Counted from the stretch's first letter, positions 18,584-28,804 are shown. The stretch is 55,118 nucleotides of DNA from an uncultured Deferribacteres bacterium (GCA_964014485.1 CAXHAT010000023.1:1-55118), one strand, 5' to 3'. Notes: generated by a model from the letters alone, not told the origin. Numbers and translations are program-made.

Positions 18584-18686
18584 TCAGATGATTGATCAAC
18601 ATCGTTCTCCATCTCGTTTTAGCAATCATCTGACGATCAACCGGCGAGGCAGGGATGTGACCAGCGCCGAGCCGGTTATTTTTTTA
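18584..18686 (+). ncRNA. Candidate sRNA or structured leader upstream of mscS
   Basis: 11-bp stem tcagatgattg/caatcatctga with CU-rich loop, then aaccggc...gccggtt followed by a T-tract. Confidence 0.45.
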
Positions 18687-18763
18687 TTCAATATATATTA
18701 TTTCTCACACACTTTAAGAAGCATTCACTTCAATTCATCAAGTTCACCATGGAAGGAGGAACA

Positions 18764-19621
18764 ATGGAAAACGTGCAAGATTTTGGCGCTTACGTGAAGA
18801 ATCTAATCATTCAATATGCGCCAGACGTTGTGTTAGCGCTCGTGACTCTTATCGTCGGTTTCTGGATTGTCGGTCTCGTCGTTAAAGCGATAGACCGAGC
18901 TATGGAAAGAGGAAACCTCGACATGGGAATCCGAGGTTTTCTGCGCAGCATTGCATCCGTTTTGTTCAAAGTTCTTGTTCTGTTCAGCGTCGCCGGGATG
19001 TTGGGTATTCAAACGACGTCATTTATTGCAATTCTTGGCGCGGCAGGTTTGGCGGTTGGTCTTGCATTGCAAGGCAGCTTGGCAAATTTTGCCGGCGGCG
19101 TATTGATTTTGCTCTTTAAGCCCTACAAAGTCGGCGATTTCATCGACGCACAAGGCCATGCCGGAACGGTAAAAGAGATTCAGATTTTCAATACAGTTTT
19201 GAAGACGCCTGATAATAAAAATGTTATCATCCCGAACGGCGCGATCTCAAACGGCAGCATCACCAACGCTTCCGTCGAAGCCACTCGCCGGGTCGATATG
19301 GTCTTCGGCATCGGCTATGACGACGATATTCAGCAATTCAAGGATTTGTTGAATAGACTTATCGAAGGCGATGAGCGCATTTTGCGTGAACCGAAATGGC
19401 AGGTCGTCGTTTCGGAATTGGCCGACAGCTCCGTAAACTTTACGGTTCGCGTTTGGTGCAATCGCAGCGATTATTGGGGCATTTATTTCGACATGCACGA
19501 ACGCGTCAAGATCGAATGCGACAAGGCGAACATCTCGATTCCTTACCCGCAGCAAGACGTTCACATGTATAGTCACAGCCAGGAAGACCTTGGCGTGATT
19601 AGCGTTAAATCAGAAGCCTAA
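18764..19621 (+). CDS. mscS: Small-conductance mechanosensitive channel
   Basis: GAAGLAVGLALQGSLANFAGG, KPYKVGD, IPN, RRVDMVFGIGY, ISIPYPQ. Confidence 0.95.
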   Translation: MENVQDFGAYVKNLIIQYAPDVVLALVTLIVGFWIVGLVVKAIDRAMERGNLDMGIRGFLRSIASVLFKVLVLFSVAGMLGIQTTSFIAILGAAGLAVGLALQGSLANFAGGVLILLFKPYKVGDFIDAQGHAGTVKEIQIFNTVLKTPDNKNVIIPNGAISNGSITNASVEATRRVDMVFGIGYDDDIQQFKDLLNRLIEGDERILREPKWQVVVSELADSSVNFTVRVWCNRSDYWGIYFDMHERVKIECDKANISIPYPQQDVHMYSHSQEDLGVISVKSEA

Positions 19622-19705
19622 ATTTGAGACAAACAACAGTTTACACGACTTCGACGCGCAGGCGTTCTCGCGTGTCATAGGTTTTCGCATTCCACTCCTA
19701 ATTGA

Positions 19706-19759
19706 AAGGCCGATTATGAAAGCGCATCCATTCCGCGTTATCATAAATCGGCCTTCTTT
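19706..19759 (+). terminator. Probable terminator hairpin after mscS
   Basis: aaggccgattatga...tcataaatcggcctt followed by cttt. Confidence 0.55.
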
Positions 19760-19949
19760 GTTACATTGAATCGTTGCTGTACGGTGCGAAAGCGCCGAAC
19801 CGCAAACACGTTTTGAAATTTTCGGGGGAGCAATCGTCCTCCGCATCTCCCGGCGGACGTTTTTCTTTGGACAAGCATCAACCGCGACTTACTTTGCGTT
19901 TGGCCATCGAGGCCGCAAAGTCCTACCAGATTTTTTCACGGAGGTTTAG

Positions 19950-20336
19950 ATGAAATTTTTGATTAACCGAAGCGCTTTCTCTCGCTTTGCGCAAATTTTT
20001 GTTGCGCTGGCGTTTGTCGGCCTTTTCTCGTGCGCCAACGAAGGCGAGCAGAAATTGAAGGCCAAAATCACCTACTACGCCATCCCTGGCTGACCGCACT
20101 GTGCACAAGTGACGACCATCGTGAATGGTCTTGCGGAAGAGTATGAAGGGACGTTGGAATGCAAGGTGCTTGACGCCACCGCCGAAGAAAGCGTCGCCAA
20201 AATCAAGGAATACGGTTTTGGCAACCACGGCCTCGTCATTTTTGATGCTGAGGACAATGTGAAGTGGAAGAAAGACGGGCACATGATGCGCGAGCCGGAA
20301 ATCCGCGCTGCATTGACGGAAGTGCTGCAAGAATAA
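19950..20336 (+). CDS. Predicted selenoprotein: thioredoxin-fold lipoprotein with U-P-H-C motif (TGA 20091-20093 read as Sec48), 128 aa
   Basis: GGAGG RBS; ATG 19950 in frame with TGA 20091 and with the downstream ORF 20109-20336; lipobox LFSC; ITYYAIPG-U-PHC. Confidence 0.8.
20094..20136 (+). promoter_or_regulatory. Bacterial SECIS-like hairpin
   Basis: Lower stem ccgca/tgcgg directly after the UGA; upper stem gaccat/atggtc with loop cgtga, 26 nt from the UGA. Confidence 0.65.
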
Positions 20337-20864
20337 ATGCAAGACGCACAATTTATTCTGAAAACGGAGCGGCTTGTCCTGCGAAAAATGTCGTTCGACG
20401 ACGCTCCGTTTATTCTTGAACTCCTGAACGATCCCGCGTTTCTGCGCAACATCGGCGACAAGAGCGTGAGGACGTTAGAAGACGCGAAAAATTATATCCT
20501 GACCGGCCCGATGGCTAGTTACGAAAACTTTGGTTTCGGGCTATACTTGACAGAATTGCGAGAATCGGGCGTGCCGGTCGGCATATGCGGGCTGGTGAAA
20601 AGAGAAACGCTGGAGCACGCCGATGTTGGTTTTGCGTTCATGCCGCAATATTGCGGGAAAGGTTTTGCCACGGAATCGGCGGCAGCCGTTCTAAAACTCG
20701 GCAAGACGAAGTTTCGCCTCGAACGCATCGTCGCCATCGTCTCTCCAGACAACGAGGCTTCGATTAACGTGCTTCAAAAACTGGGGATGTGTTTCGAAGA
20801 GATGATCCAAATGTCGCCAAACGCCGAGCCTTGCGCACTCTATGGACCAAGCCCGGCGTCTTGA
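20337..20864 (+). CDS. GNAT (RimJ/RimL-type) N-acetyltransferase
   Basis: ETERL-like start, DVGFAFMPQYCGKGFATE, NEASINVLQKLGM. Confidence 0.9.
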   Translation: MQDAQFILKTERLVLRKMSFDDAPFILELLNDPAFLRNIGDKSVRTLEDAKNYILTGPMASYENFGFGLYLTELRESGVPVGICGLVKRETLEHADVGFAFMPQYCGKGFATESAAAVLKLGKTKFRLERIVAIVSPDNEASINVLQKLGMCFEEMIQMSPNAEPCALYGPSPAS

Positions 20865-20908
20865 TGGTGTTGTTCGATTTCTCATGCCATAATTCAGACT
20901 TGCTCAGA

Positions 20909-21589
20909 ATGAAAAAATACACGATACCAATCTTGCTGCTATCCTTCCTCTTCTCTTGCTCCTCAGGAAATGATGCGACGAGCCTATTCAACGGGACTGA
21001 TTTGAGCGGCTGGCACGTCGACGTCCCGGCAATGGATGACGACTCGACGATCAAATCGCCGTTCATTGTGCGTGACGGTATGCTCGTCAGTTTGGGAGAA
21101 CCGCGCGGCCATCTGATCACCGACGCGACTTTCCAGGATTATCGTCTCGAGGTCGAATATCGTTTTGCCGGAGAGCCGGGCAATTGCGGCGTTCTTGTGC
21201 ATGCCTCAACGCCGCGTGCGCTTTACTCAATGTTTCCCAAATCGCTTGAAGTGCAAATGGCGCACGAAAATGCGGGTGATTTTTGGTGCATTGTTGAAGA
21301 TATAACCGTGCCGGATATGGAATCCAGGCGCGGCCCGAAGCAAGAATGGGGCGTCACGGAAGGTAAAAAGCGGCGCATCCTCAACCTGACCGACGGTTCA
21401 GAAAAACCACTGGGCGAGTGGAACAAGATGGCGGTTGAGTGCCGTGGCGACGAAATCAAAGTTTGGGTCAACGGCGATTTGGTGAATCACGGTTTTGACT
21501 GTACGGCAAGCGCTGGGCGCATCGCCTTGCAAGCTGAAGGCTCGGAAGTGGAATTTCGAAAAATCGTCCTGACTTCGATTGCAAAATAG
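20909..21589 (+). CDS. DUF1080 (3-keto-disaccharide hydrolase-like) lipoprotein
   Basis: Lipobox LFSC; LFNGTDLSGW, GNCGVL, GEWN, IALQAEG. Confidence 0.88.
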   Translation: MKKYTIPILLLSFLFSCSSGNDATSLFNGTDLSGWHVDVPAMDDDSTIKSPFIVRDGMLVSLGEPRGHLITDATFQDYRLEVEYRFAGEPGNCGVLVHASTPRALYSMFPKSLEVQMAHENAGDFWCIVEDITVPDMESRRGPKQEWGVTEGKKRRILNLTDGSEKPLGEWNKMAVECRGDEIKVWVNGDLVNHGFDCTASAGRIALQAEGSEVEFRKIVLTSIAK

Positions 21590-21604
21590 CACAAAATCGC
21601 CAGA

Positions 21605-22735
21605 CTATTTGCTGAAAGGCGCTTCGACAAGCGCGCCGTAGGGACTGCCTCCTGTCTCGGCGTCCAGGTCCAAAATTTTGGTAAACTTCTTTCCGTCTTT
21701 CGTCAGCGAAAAAACAACGCCGTCGTTAGAGTCGCCGCCAAATCGCGTCATGCCCCAGAGCAGGCCGTTACATTCAACCAAATTTCCTTCAGGGAAGCGT
21801 CCGTTTACGATGTCAAAATCATGGATCTTCCTGTATTTTGAATCGTCCTTGTCGATGTAAAAAATGACCCCTGCGTTATTTTTACCTCGGGAAGCCGTCA
21901 TGCCCCAAAGTTTATCGTTACTTTCAATCAAATCTCCCAATGCCGGATAGTCAAGATCGTGAACTTTTTTGAATCCGTTTCCATCGATATTGACGCTAAA
22001 AACGCCGCCCTCGTTATGCGCGCCCCCTCGCGTCGTCATGCCCCAGAGTTTTCCACTGCTCAAGATCAGGCCGCTTTCCGGCTGGCCTCCTTTGCTTCCT
22101 CCAAAGTCGAAAATTTTGGTAAATCGGCTGCCGTCAATGTTCAGGCGAAAAATGACGCCCACGCCCTGAGAGCCGCCGTCGCGAGTCGTGCCATAGAAAT
22201 TGCCGTCGTTTTCCAGTAAAGCGTTGCGCGGATGACTGCCGTTTACACCGTCAAAATCATGCACTTTTTTAAAGCCGGAACCGTCAAGGTTAAGGCTGAA
22301 AATAACGCCGTGATTGTTTTTGCCGCCGGTACGCGCCATACCCCAAAGTTTGCCGTCGCTTTCTATCAACTCGCCAAACGGGTTTCCGCCGTTATCGCCG
22401 TCAAAATAGTGAATTTGGGTAAAACCGGAACCGTCTGTTTTGATGCTAAAAATGACGCCGTGATCGCCTTTGCGCGCCTTGTGGTCTTTGCCGGAGGTCA
22501 GTCCCCAAAGCTTGCCGTTACTGAAAGTTAAACTCGCAAAAGGATATCCTGAGCCGCCGTCAAAGTCGTGAACTTTCTTAAAATCGCCGTTTTCCGGGTT
22601 TAAGTGAAAAATCGTTCCGAAACCGTAAGCGCCCTTCGTCGAAGCGACTCCCCAGAGTCTCATCGTTTGGCCAAGCGCCGCACTTACGCTGGCGAGGAAA
22701 ACAACCAGGCTCAAAACATGTTTAAATTTTTTCAT
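21605..22735 (-). CDS. Secreted tandem-repeat (GloVer/TIGR03803-like) beta-propeller protein
   Basis: Signal peptide; about 7 repeats of P.G.L.E..GKLWGMT..GG....GVIF......G..F.K.HDF. Confidence 0.85.
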   Translation of the reverse strand: MKKFKHVLSLVVFLASVSAALGQTMRLWGVASTKGAYGFGTIFHLNPENGDFKKVHDFDGGSGYPFASLTFSNGKLWGLTSGKDHKARKGDHGVIFSIKTDGSGFTQIHYFDGDNGGNPFGELIESDGKLWGMARTGGKNNHGVIFSLNLDGSGFKKVHDFDGVNGSHPRNALLENDGNFYGTTRDGGSQGVGVIFRLNIDGSRFTKIFDFGGSKGGQPESGLILSSGKLWGMTTRGGAHNEGGVFSVNIDGNGFKKVHDLDYPALGDLIESNDKLWGMTASRGKNNAGVIFYIDKDDSKYRKIHDFDIVNGRFPEGNLVECNGLLWGMTRFGGDSNDGVVFSLTKDGKKFTKILDLDAETGGSPYGALVEAPFSK

Positions 22736-22887
22736 GGAAAAATTCTGTTTTCGGTTGGGAGAGAATGGTTAGAGCTTCATTAACGGCACCATAATCTCAT
22801 GCTCTTAATGAAGTAGCAATCACAAATGGTCTCAGCAGCAATGCTCTTTGTAAGTACGTGCTCATCCCCAAAATATTGTGTTTATAA

Positions 22888-23210
22888 CTGATGTTACGGT
22901 TGCGCGCGGCAACGCACAACCTAAATCTTGGAGCAAACATCGTCTCATTAGCCGCGCGCTTCAGCGCGTGGACCCGGTCGGGCGCTCTTCTTTTTCTCCC
23001 GCCGAGTCAACTCGGCGGGAGAAAAAGGGGAATGCGCTTGTACTCATGCCTACGCGCTGAAGCGCGCAGCTAATGAGAGTGTCGCGTCATTTGCATTTCC
23101 CGTGAATTGTGACTTCGCCAACAGTATCCTTCAGAGCGGAGCTAATGAGAATCAAAAGTTGATCTCAGGCTCTGATCGAGCGCGCTAAACGACGCGTGCG
23201 TAACATCAAG
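22888..23210. mobile_element. MITE copy B (CTGATGTTACG family), 323 bp
   Basis: Ends ctgatgttacg / cgtaacatcaag; 7-bp target duplication TTTATAA at 22881-22887 and 23211-23217; cargo is a ctcattagc...gctaatgag REP doublet (22943-23078). Confidence 0.82.
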
Positions 23211-23308
23211 TTTATAAACTAAAAAATAACCATCGTGACGGCGAGTTCTCTGATGGAAATCTCAAGCGAACGGCAGGTAGAGTTTAAACATTCCTCAAAC
23301 GCGAACGC

Positions 23309-26300
23309 CTAGGCACGTGCGTTTTCCGTCGCTACATCGTTAAGCACATCATGAATCACTCCGCCTAACTCTTCAATATTGAATGGTTTGGAGATGTAAG
23401 CCGCGAAACCGAAATCGCCGTATCTCGCCAAAATCTCATCGTCAGAATATCCGCTGGCGACGATGGCTTTTACCGCCGGATCGATGCGTCGAAGTTTTTC
23501 AATGGTTTGCGCGCCGCCCATGCCGCCAGGAATCGTTAAATCCAGCACGACAATGTCAAAAGCGTTTTCCGTGTTCATCTTTTCCTTGAAGCTGCGAAGC
23601 GTTTCATGACCGTCTTTTGTCGTGTGAACCGTGTAGCCGACATCGCTCAACATCGTCTCCACTACACTGCGAATCATAGGATCGTCGTCCATGTACAAGA
23701 CGTGCGCTTTTCCTTTGATGATTTCTCGAACGCGTCGCGGAGTTTCCAGACGCCGCTTTTGAGTGGCGGGCAAGAAGATGTGCATTTCCGTCCATTTCCC
23801 CGGTTCGCTCTCCGCAAATATGCATCCGCCGTGTTTCTGTATAATCGAATGCGCAGTCGCCAGGCCAAGGCCGCTGCCCTTTTCTTTCGTTGTGAAATAG
23901 GGATCAAATATCTTTCTAAGATTCCTTGCTGAAATGCCGCGTCCGCTGTCACGAATGGAAATTTCAATGTACTTGCCTTGCTTCAATGGCGTCTTTTTTT
24001 CATCTATAGCGGAAACGTTGCGCGCTTCAACTCTTACAACGCCGCCGTTCTCCATCGCTTGCTTGCTGTTCAAAACAATGTTGTTGATCGCTTGATTGAG
24101 CTGTCCTTCGTCAACTTCAGCGCACCAAAGATCGTTCGGTAATGAAAATTGAGAATCCACGTTGCTGCCGCGCAAAGAGAATTTCGTGGCGTTTTTGAGG
24201 AGCTTGCGCAGCGAAACAATGCGTTTTACCGGCGCCCCGCCTCTGGAGAAAGTCAGCAATTGGTTGGTAAGACCTCGGGCGCGGTAACAGGCTTTTTCCG
24301 CCTCATCGAGAAACGCCGACGATTCGCCGCGAAAATCTTCGTGCATTTTCGTGATCGAAATATTGGCGAGAACGCCGGTCAGAATATTATTAAAGTCATG
24401 AGCAATGCCGCCGGCAAGCAAGCCCAGTGATTCCAGTTTTTGCAGCTTGAGCGCTTCCTGCGCCATTTTTTCAAGCTCAGTTGTGTCGCGCAAAACTGCG
24501 ACAGTACCTACAATTTTTCCCTTCACGTCGCGAATCGGCGCAATGCTGAAAGCCATTCGCTTTGACGCGCCGTTCAAATCGACAAAAGACCGGCTTTGGG
24601 CGGACTCCAGCAGCTCGCCAGACTCAAGAACCGTTTTGACCAACCCCCCAAAGTCATTTTCGTTTTTTCCTTTTTCGGAAATGAAAACTTCGTCCAATGT
24701 CCTTGCAAAAGCGTCTTCTTCCGATACACCGGTAATCACTTCTGCGTTGCGGTTCATCAGCGTAATTTTGCCGTAAAGGTCGGTCGCGATCACCCCGTCG
24801 GCAATCGAACTCAGCGTAACCGACAAACGTTCTTTTTCTTCCAAAAGAGCGTCTTCGGCCTCTTTGCGCTTGGAAATATCGATGGCGATGCACAACGCCT
24901 GCGTCGCCTCGCCGTCATCATTCACAATCGGGCGTTTAACAACATGGAGCCAGCGTTGTTCTCCCGCCGCGTTCACAAAAGGCGTTTCAGAAATAAGCTT
25001 CTCTTCCCCGGCCGCCATAATTTCCAAGTCGTCCGCGGAGCCGTCGAATCTTGAAATCGCGCTAAAAATGGTTGAACTTACGTTTTGACCAAGCATCTCT
25101 TCAACAGTTTGGCCATACTCCTCCGCCGTCGCCTTGTTTACCAGCGTGAATTCGCCCCGTTGATTGGTGGCGAAAATATAATTCGGCTGAATATCCAAAA
25201 CCTGCCGCAAAAAGGCGCGCTGCCGGTCAATTTGCTTTTGCGCCTTTCTCTGAGCGCTGATAGCGTTGATCCGCTCAAAAGCCGCCGACAAGTGATCCGC
25301 GAGACCGTTCAAATAGTCGGCTCTCAAACTCGAAGGCGCGCTCGAAACCTTGGAAGAAAAGGCTCCCATCCCCAAAGTTCCATGGATCGCATCGCCGTGA
25401 CGAATCGGAACAAACCAGAGGGTGTGGTTGCCCAATTTATCAACGATTTCTTGGGGAAAATCCACAGGAAACCGCGATCCTGAATAACAAACGACCTTGT
25501 CTTTTTTCGCAAATGCTTCGAGTGCTGAACAGCTCTTTTTTCTGATTGGAAAACGCTCCGGCGAGGCGTTCCCTGAATTTGACGAACAAACTATTTCAGC
25601 TTTTTCACTTTCCGGATTCAGTAGAAAAAACGCATAATTTTCAAAAGGAAGCTGCTCTCTCAGCTCGCTAAACACGCTCTGAAAAATATCATCCTCGTTT
25701 TGAGCCAGTTCGAGCTTTTCAGAAACGCGCAAGAGCGATTGCATATGTTTTTGGCGTTTTTGCAGCGCATTTTCGGCGTTTTTCCGGTCAGCCACTTCCG
25801 CTTCAAGTTTAGTGTTCAAAGCGCTCAAGGCGTGGTTTTTCGATTGCTCTGCAAGAACCGTTTTTCTTTTCAAGCGCGTCGAAACGTACAGAAGCCCGAC
25901 AATCACGAGAGCAAGCGCCAAAGTAAAAAACAGAGCGTTGTTCAATTTGGCTTCTTGTTCCAGCGCCTTTTGTTTCTGTCGCGTTTCATACTGCGCCTGC
26001 AAATCAGCGAATTCTTCATCTCGCTCCTTGCGATGAATCGAATCCGCAAGCATCGCTGATTTTGAGAGATGGTCGTAGGCAAGCGAAACGTCACCTTTTC
26101 TTTCAAAAATGAGCGCCAATTGCTGGTTGAAGTCGCGCAATTGATACAAAGAATTTAAGCGCTCGGCGATTTCAAGCCCCTGTGTAAGCTGCGGCAGCGC
26201 AGCGGCGTCATCGCCTTGTGCGACGTAAATCGCGGCAATTTCCGCCAGCGTGTTGCAGAGTTCCAGATCGTTCTTGGCCGCGATCAACTTTTCCTTGGTT

Positions 26301-26998
26301 TGCAACAGGAAATCGAGCGCTTTCTCATTCTCACCAAGCTTTCGGTAGGCTTTCCCTAAGACGCCCAACGTAAAAGCGATGTTATGCTCGTCTCCGATAC
26401 GTTGCTTGATTTCAAGCGCCTGGAGTGCAAATTTCTTGGCGTTATCGTAGTCTTCCTCGGCTTCATAAATCGCCGCAATATTGTTCAATGTTTGCGCGAC
26501 GCCCACTTCATCGTTGAGTTCTCGAACGATTTTCAGACATTGGAACGCCCAGTCCAGGGCCAGGCTGTCTTGCTCATTGTAAAAATATATGTTCATGATG
26601 CTGAACAGCGGGCCGACCATCCCCCGCTTGTACCCAATTGTTTCACATAAATCGAGCGAACTATGCGCAGCAGCGAGAGCTTTATCAAAAGACCCCTGAA
26701 TGCCGTGCGTCCGGCTAAGATTATTACAGGCAAGAATCCGCAGCATCGTATCGCCGTTCTTCTCGGCGATTTCTTTCGCCTGTTGCGCAAAATCCAACGC
26801 GCGCTCAAAATCGTTGTAGGCGAATTTTCGGCTTAGCTTTAACAGCACATCGATTTTCTGGGAATCGGTTGCAGCACTTTTCAACACATTGATCAGGCTG
26901 TCAGGGGCGGGCTTTGCTTCAGAAGTTTGTTGCGGCTGCGCCTGAATGGCGGCGTGGCTGGTAAGAAGGAACAGAACGATTAAAGTAGTTTTGCGCAT
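23309..26998 (-). CDS. Hybrid sensor histidine kinase (TPR sensor, TM, GAF, 2x PAS, HisKA, HATPase, receiver)
   Basis: ATG 26998 after GAGGAG; signal peptide; AGGIAHDFNN; FDPYFTTKEKGSGLGL; MDDD/LDLTIP/KPF. Confidence 0.93.
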   Translation of the reverse strand: MRKTTLIVLFLLTSHAAIQAQPQQTSEAKPAPDSLINVLKSAATDSQKIDVLLKLSRKFAYNDFERALDFAQQAKEIAEKNGDTMLRILACNNLSRTHGIQGSFDKALAAAHSSLDLCETIGYKRGMVGPLFSIMNIYFYNEQDSLALDWAFQCLKIVRELNDEVGVAQTLNNIAAIYEAEEDYDNAKKFALQALEIKQRIGDEHNIAFTLGVLGKAYRKLGENEKALDFLLQTKEKLIAAKNDLELCNTLAEIAAIYVAQGDDAAALPQLTQGLEIAERLNSLYQLRDFNQQLALIFERKGDVSLAYDHLSKSAMLADSIHRKERDEEFADLQAQYETRQKQKALEQEAKLNNALFFTLALALVIVGLLYVSTRLKRKTVLAEQSKNHALSALNTKLEAEVADRKNAENALQKRQKHMQSLLRVSEKLELAQNEDDIFQSVFSELREQLPFENYAFFLLNPESEKAEIVCSSNSGNASPERFPIRKKSCSALEAFAKKDKVVCYSGSRFPVDFPQEIVDKLGNHTLWFVPIRHGDAIHGTLGMGAFSSKVSSAPSSLRADYLNGLADHLSAAFERINAISAQRKAQKQIDRQRAFLRQVLDIQPNYIFATNQRGEFTLVNKATAEEYGQTVEEMLGQNVSSTIFSAISRFDGSADDLEIMAAGEEKLISETPFVNAAGEQRWLHVVKRPIVNDDGEATQALCIAIDISKRKEAEDALLEEKERLSVTLSSIADGVIATDLYGKITLMNRNAEVITGVSEEDAFARTLDEVFISEKGKNENDFGGLVKTVLESGELLESAQSRSFVDLNGASKRMAFSIAPIRDVKGKIVGTVAVLRDTTELEKMAQEALKLQKLESLGLLAGGIAHDFNNILTGVLANISITKMHEDFRGESSAFLDEAEKACYRARGLTNQLLTFSRGGAPVKRIVSLRKLLKNATKFSLRGSNVDSQFSLPNDLWCAEVDEGQLNQAINNIVLNSKQAMENGGVVRVEARNVSAIDEKKTPLKQGKYIEISIRDSGRGISARNLRKIFDPYFTTKEKGSGLGLATAHSIIQKHGGCIFAESEPGKWTEMHIFLPATQKRRLETPRRVREIIKGKAHVLYMDDDPMIRSVVETMLSDVGYTVHTTKDGHETLRSFKEKMNTENAFDIVVLDLTIPGGMGGAQTIEKLRRIDPAVKAIVASGYSDDEILARYGDFGFAAYISKPFNIEELGGVIHDVLNDVATENARA

Positions 26999-27327
26999 TG
27001 GTCGGCGGTCTCCTCTCTCATGTGCGTAGCTGCGTCTCAAGAGTGAATGAGGGTAGAACGCGCCCAAGCAATGCTTGCCGCAGTCTCTCTCAACGCTCAC
27101 GCCTTCCGCGGGATGGAAGTGAGTGAATGACTTTCCTGTCTTCCTATAAATTACGATTGAAAACAGAAAATGCAAAACTTTACGCCGGAAATAAAATCAG
27201 GCGCTCTCAACACGCCGCTGCGCTTGCACAGATTCATGAGTCAGGATTTGCATCTGCGCAGTATTTTTTTTACCGTTGTTTCACCAAGAAGACTATTTCC
27301 AACGATCATCAACCCGGGTTTCTGAGC

Positions 27328-28710
27328 ATGGCTGCAACGGAACAAACCATTCTTTTTGTGGACGACACAAAAGCAATGCGCGAGCAATTTGCGTATGACA
27401 TACGTCGAAAAACCGGGCATAAGGTTTTGACGGCGGCCAACGGCAGAGAAGCGCTGCAAATACTCGTCGGACAGGTTATTGACGCCGTCATCCTCGACCT
27501 TGAAATGCCGGTTATGGACGGCTTGACGACGCTTGAAAAAATGGTCGAGAAGAACATGGCGAATATTCCCGTCATCGTTTACACCGGGCGAGGGAACTTT
27601 CAGAGCTGCGTGCGTGCGGTGCAATTGGGCGCTTATAACTTTTTCGATAAAAATGAAACGACGCTCGATCAACTCGTTCGTGCGCTTGAAAACGCGCTCG
27701 CCCACCGACGGCTTTTGGATACAAAAAGCGAGAAGAAGAAAGGCGCACAGCAAGACTCTCCGCTAATCGGAGAAAGCGCCGCGATGGTTGCATTGAAAGC
27801 GCATCTCGCACGCGTTGCTGAAGCGCCGAGCAATGTTCTCATCCACGGGGAAAGCGGCACGGGCAAGGAATTGATTGCGCACGAAATTCATCGTCTTAGC
27901 CCGCGTTCGAAAGGGCCGTTTGTCGCCGTCAACTGCGCGGCCATCCCGGAAAATCTGGTTGAAAGTGAATTGTTTGGTTTTGAAAAAGGCGCTTTTTCCG
28001 GCGCAGGCAAAACGACGAAAGGCAAGTTCGAGTTGGCTTCCGGCGGGACGCTTTTCTTGGACGAAATCGGCGACATGCCGCTTTCGGTGCAAGCCAAATT
28101 GCTGCGCGTTTTGCAGGAGGGCGAAATAACCCGGATCGGCGGAGAAGCGCGGGTGATTCGAATTGACGTACGCGTTGTTTCGGCGACGCACCGAGACCTG
28201 GAACGAGCGGCGGAGCAAGACGAATTCCGCATGGATTTGTTTTATCGCATCGCCACACACATTGTCAAAGCGCCCCCGCTGCGCGAGCGTATTTCTGACG
28301 TTGAAGAGTTGTCTCTATTTTTGATTCAACGCATTTGTAAACGCTTCAAGACCCCGAGAAAAATCATTCACCCCGCAACACTCGCATTGCTGAAAAACTA
28401 TAACTGGCGCAAAAACAACGTACGTGAACTTGAGAATGTCCTGGAACGTGCGCTGGTGGCGACAAACGGTGATGAAATTCTGCCGGAAAACCTTCCTGAT
28501 GAAATCGGCGGGCGAGAGAATTTGAACAGCAGCGGCGAGCAAAAATCCTTTCAAGAGCTTCGGCGCACGGCGGAACGCGACATCCTGCTACAACACTTGG
28601 AAGCCAACCATTGGCACATCACCAATACCGCGAAAGCGCTGGGCATTGCCAACCACTCCAATCTGCTCAAAATGATGCGAAGGCTGGGAATCCAAAAGCC
28701 GGGAGCTTGA
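27328..28710 (+). CDS. NtrC-family sigma54-interacting response regulator
   Basis: Receiver domain (VDD, LDLEMP); GESGTGKE; ESELFG..KGAFSGA; FLDEIG; NVRELEN; C-terminal HTH. Confidence 0.93.
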   Translation: MAATEQTILFVDDTKAMREQFAYDIRRKTGHKVLTAANGREALQILVGQVIDAVILDLEMPVMDGLTTLEKMVEKNMANIPVIVYTGRGNFQSCVRAVQLGAYNFFDKNETTLDQLVRALENALAHRRLLDTKSEKKKGAQQDSPLIGESAAMVALKAHLARVAEAPSNVLIHGESGTGKELIAHEIHRLSPRSKGPFVAVNCAAIPENLVESELFGFEKGAFSGAGKTTKGKFELASGGTLFLDEIGDMPLSVQAKLLRVLQEGEITRIGGEARVIRIDVRVVSATHRDLERAAEQDEFRMDLFYRIATHIVKAPPLRERISDVEELSLFLIQRICKRFKTPRKIIHPATLALLKNYNWRKNNVRELENVLERALVATNGDEILPENLPDEIGGRENLNSSGEQKSFQELRRTAERDILLQHLEANHWHITNTAKALGIANHSNLLKMMRRLGIQKPGA

Positions 28711-28804
28711 ATCACGATTCTTAGCGAATAAGGTGAATAAAACCAAAGCCCCCGTGGGAAGGTTTGATAAAATTGGTTGCTGCATCCCCATCCCTTCTGA
28801 GTCA

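Noticed and set aside
19775..19860. GAAA-tetraloop hairpin followed by GCAAA, reminiscent of a c-di-GMP-I riboswitch
   Set aside because: The 5' GGCAAA element and a convincing second stem are lacking; it cannot be supported without a covariance-model search.
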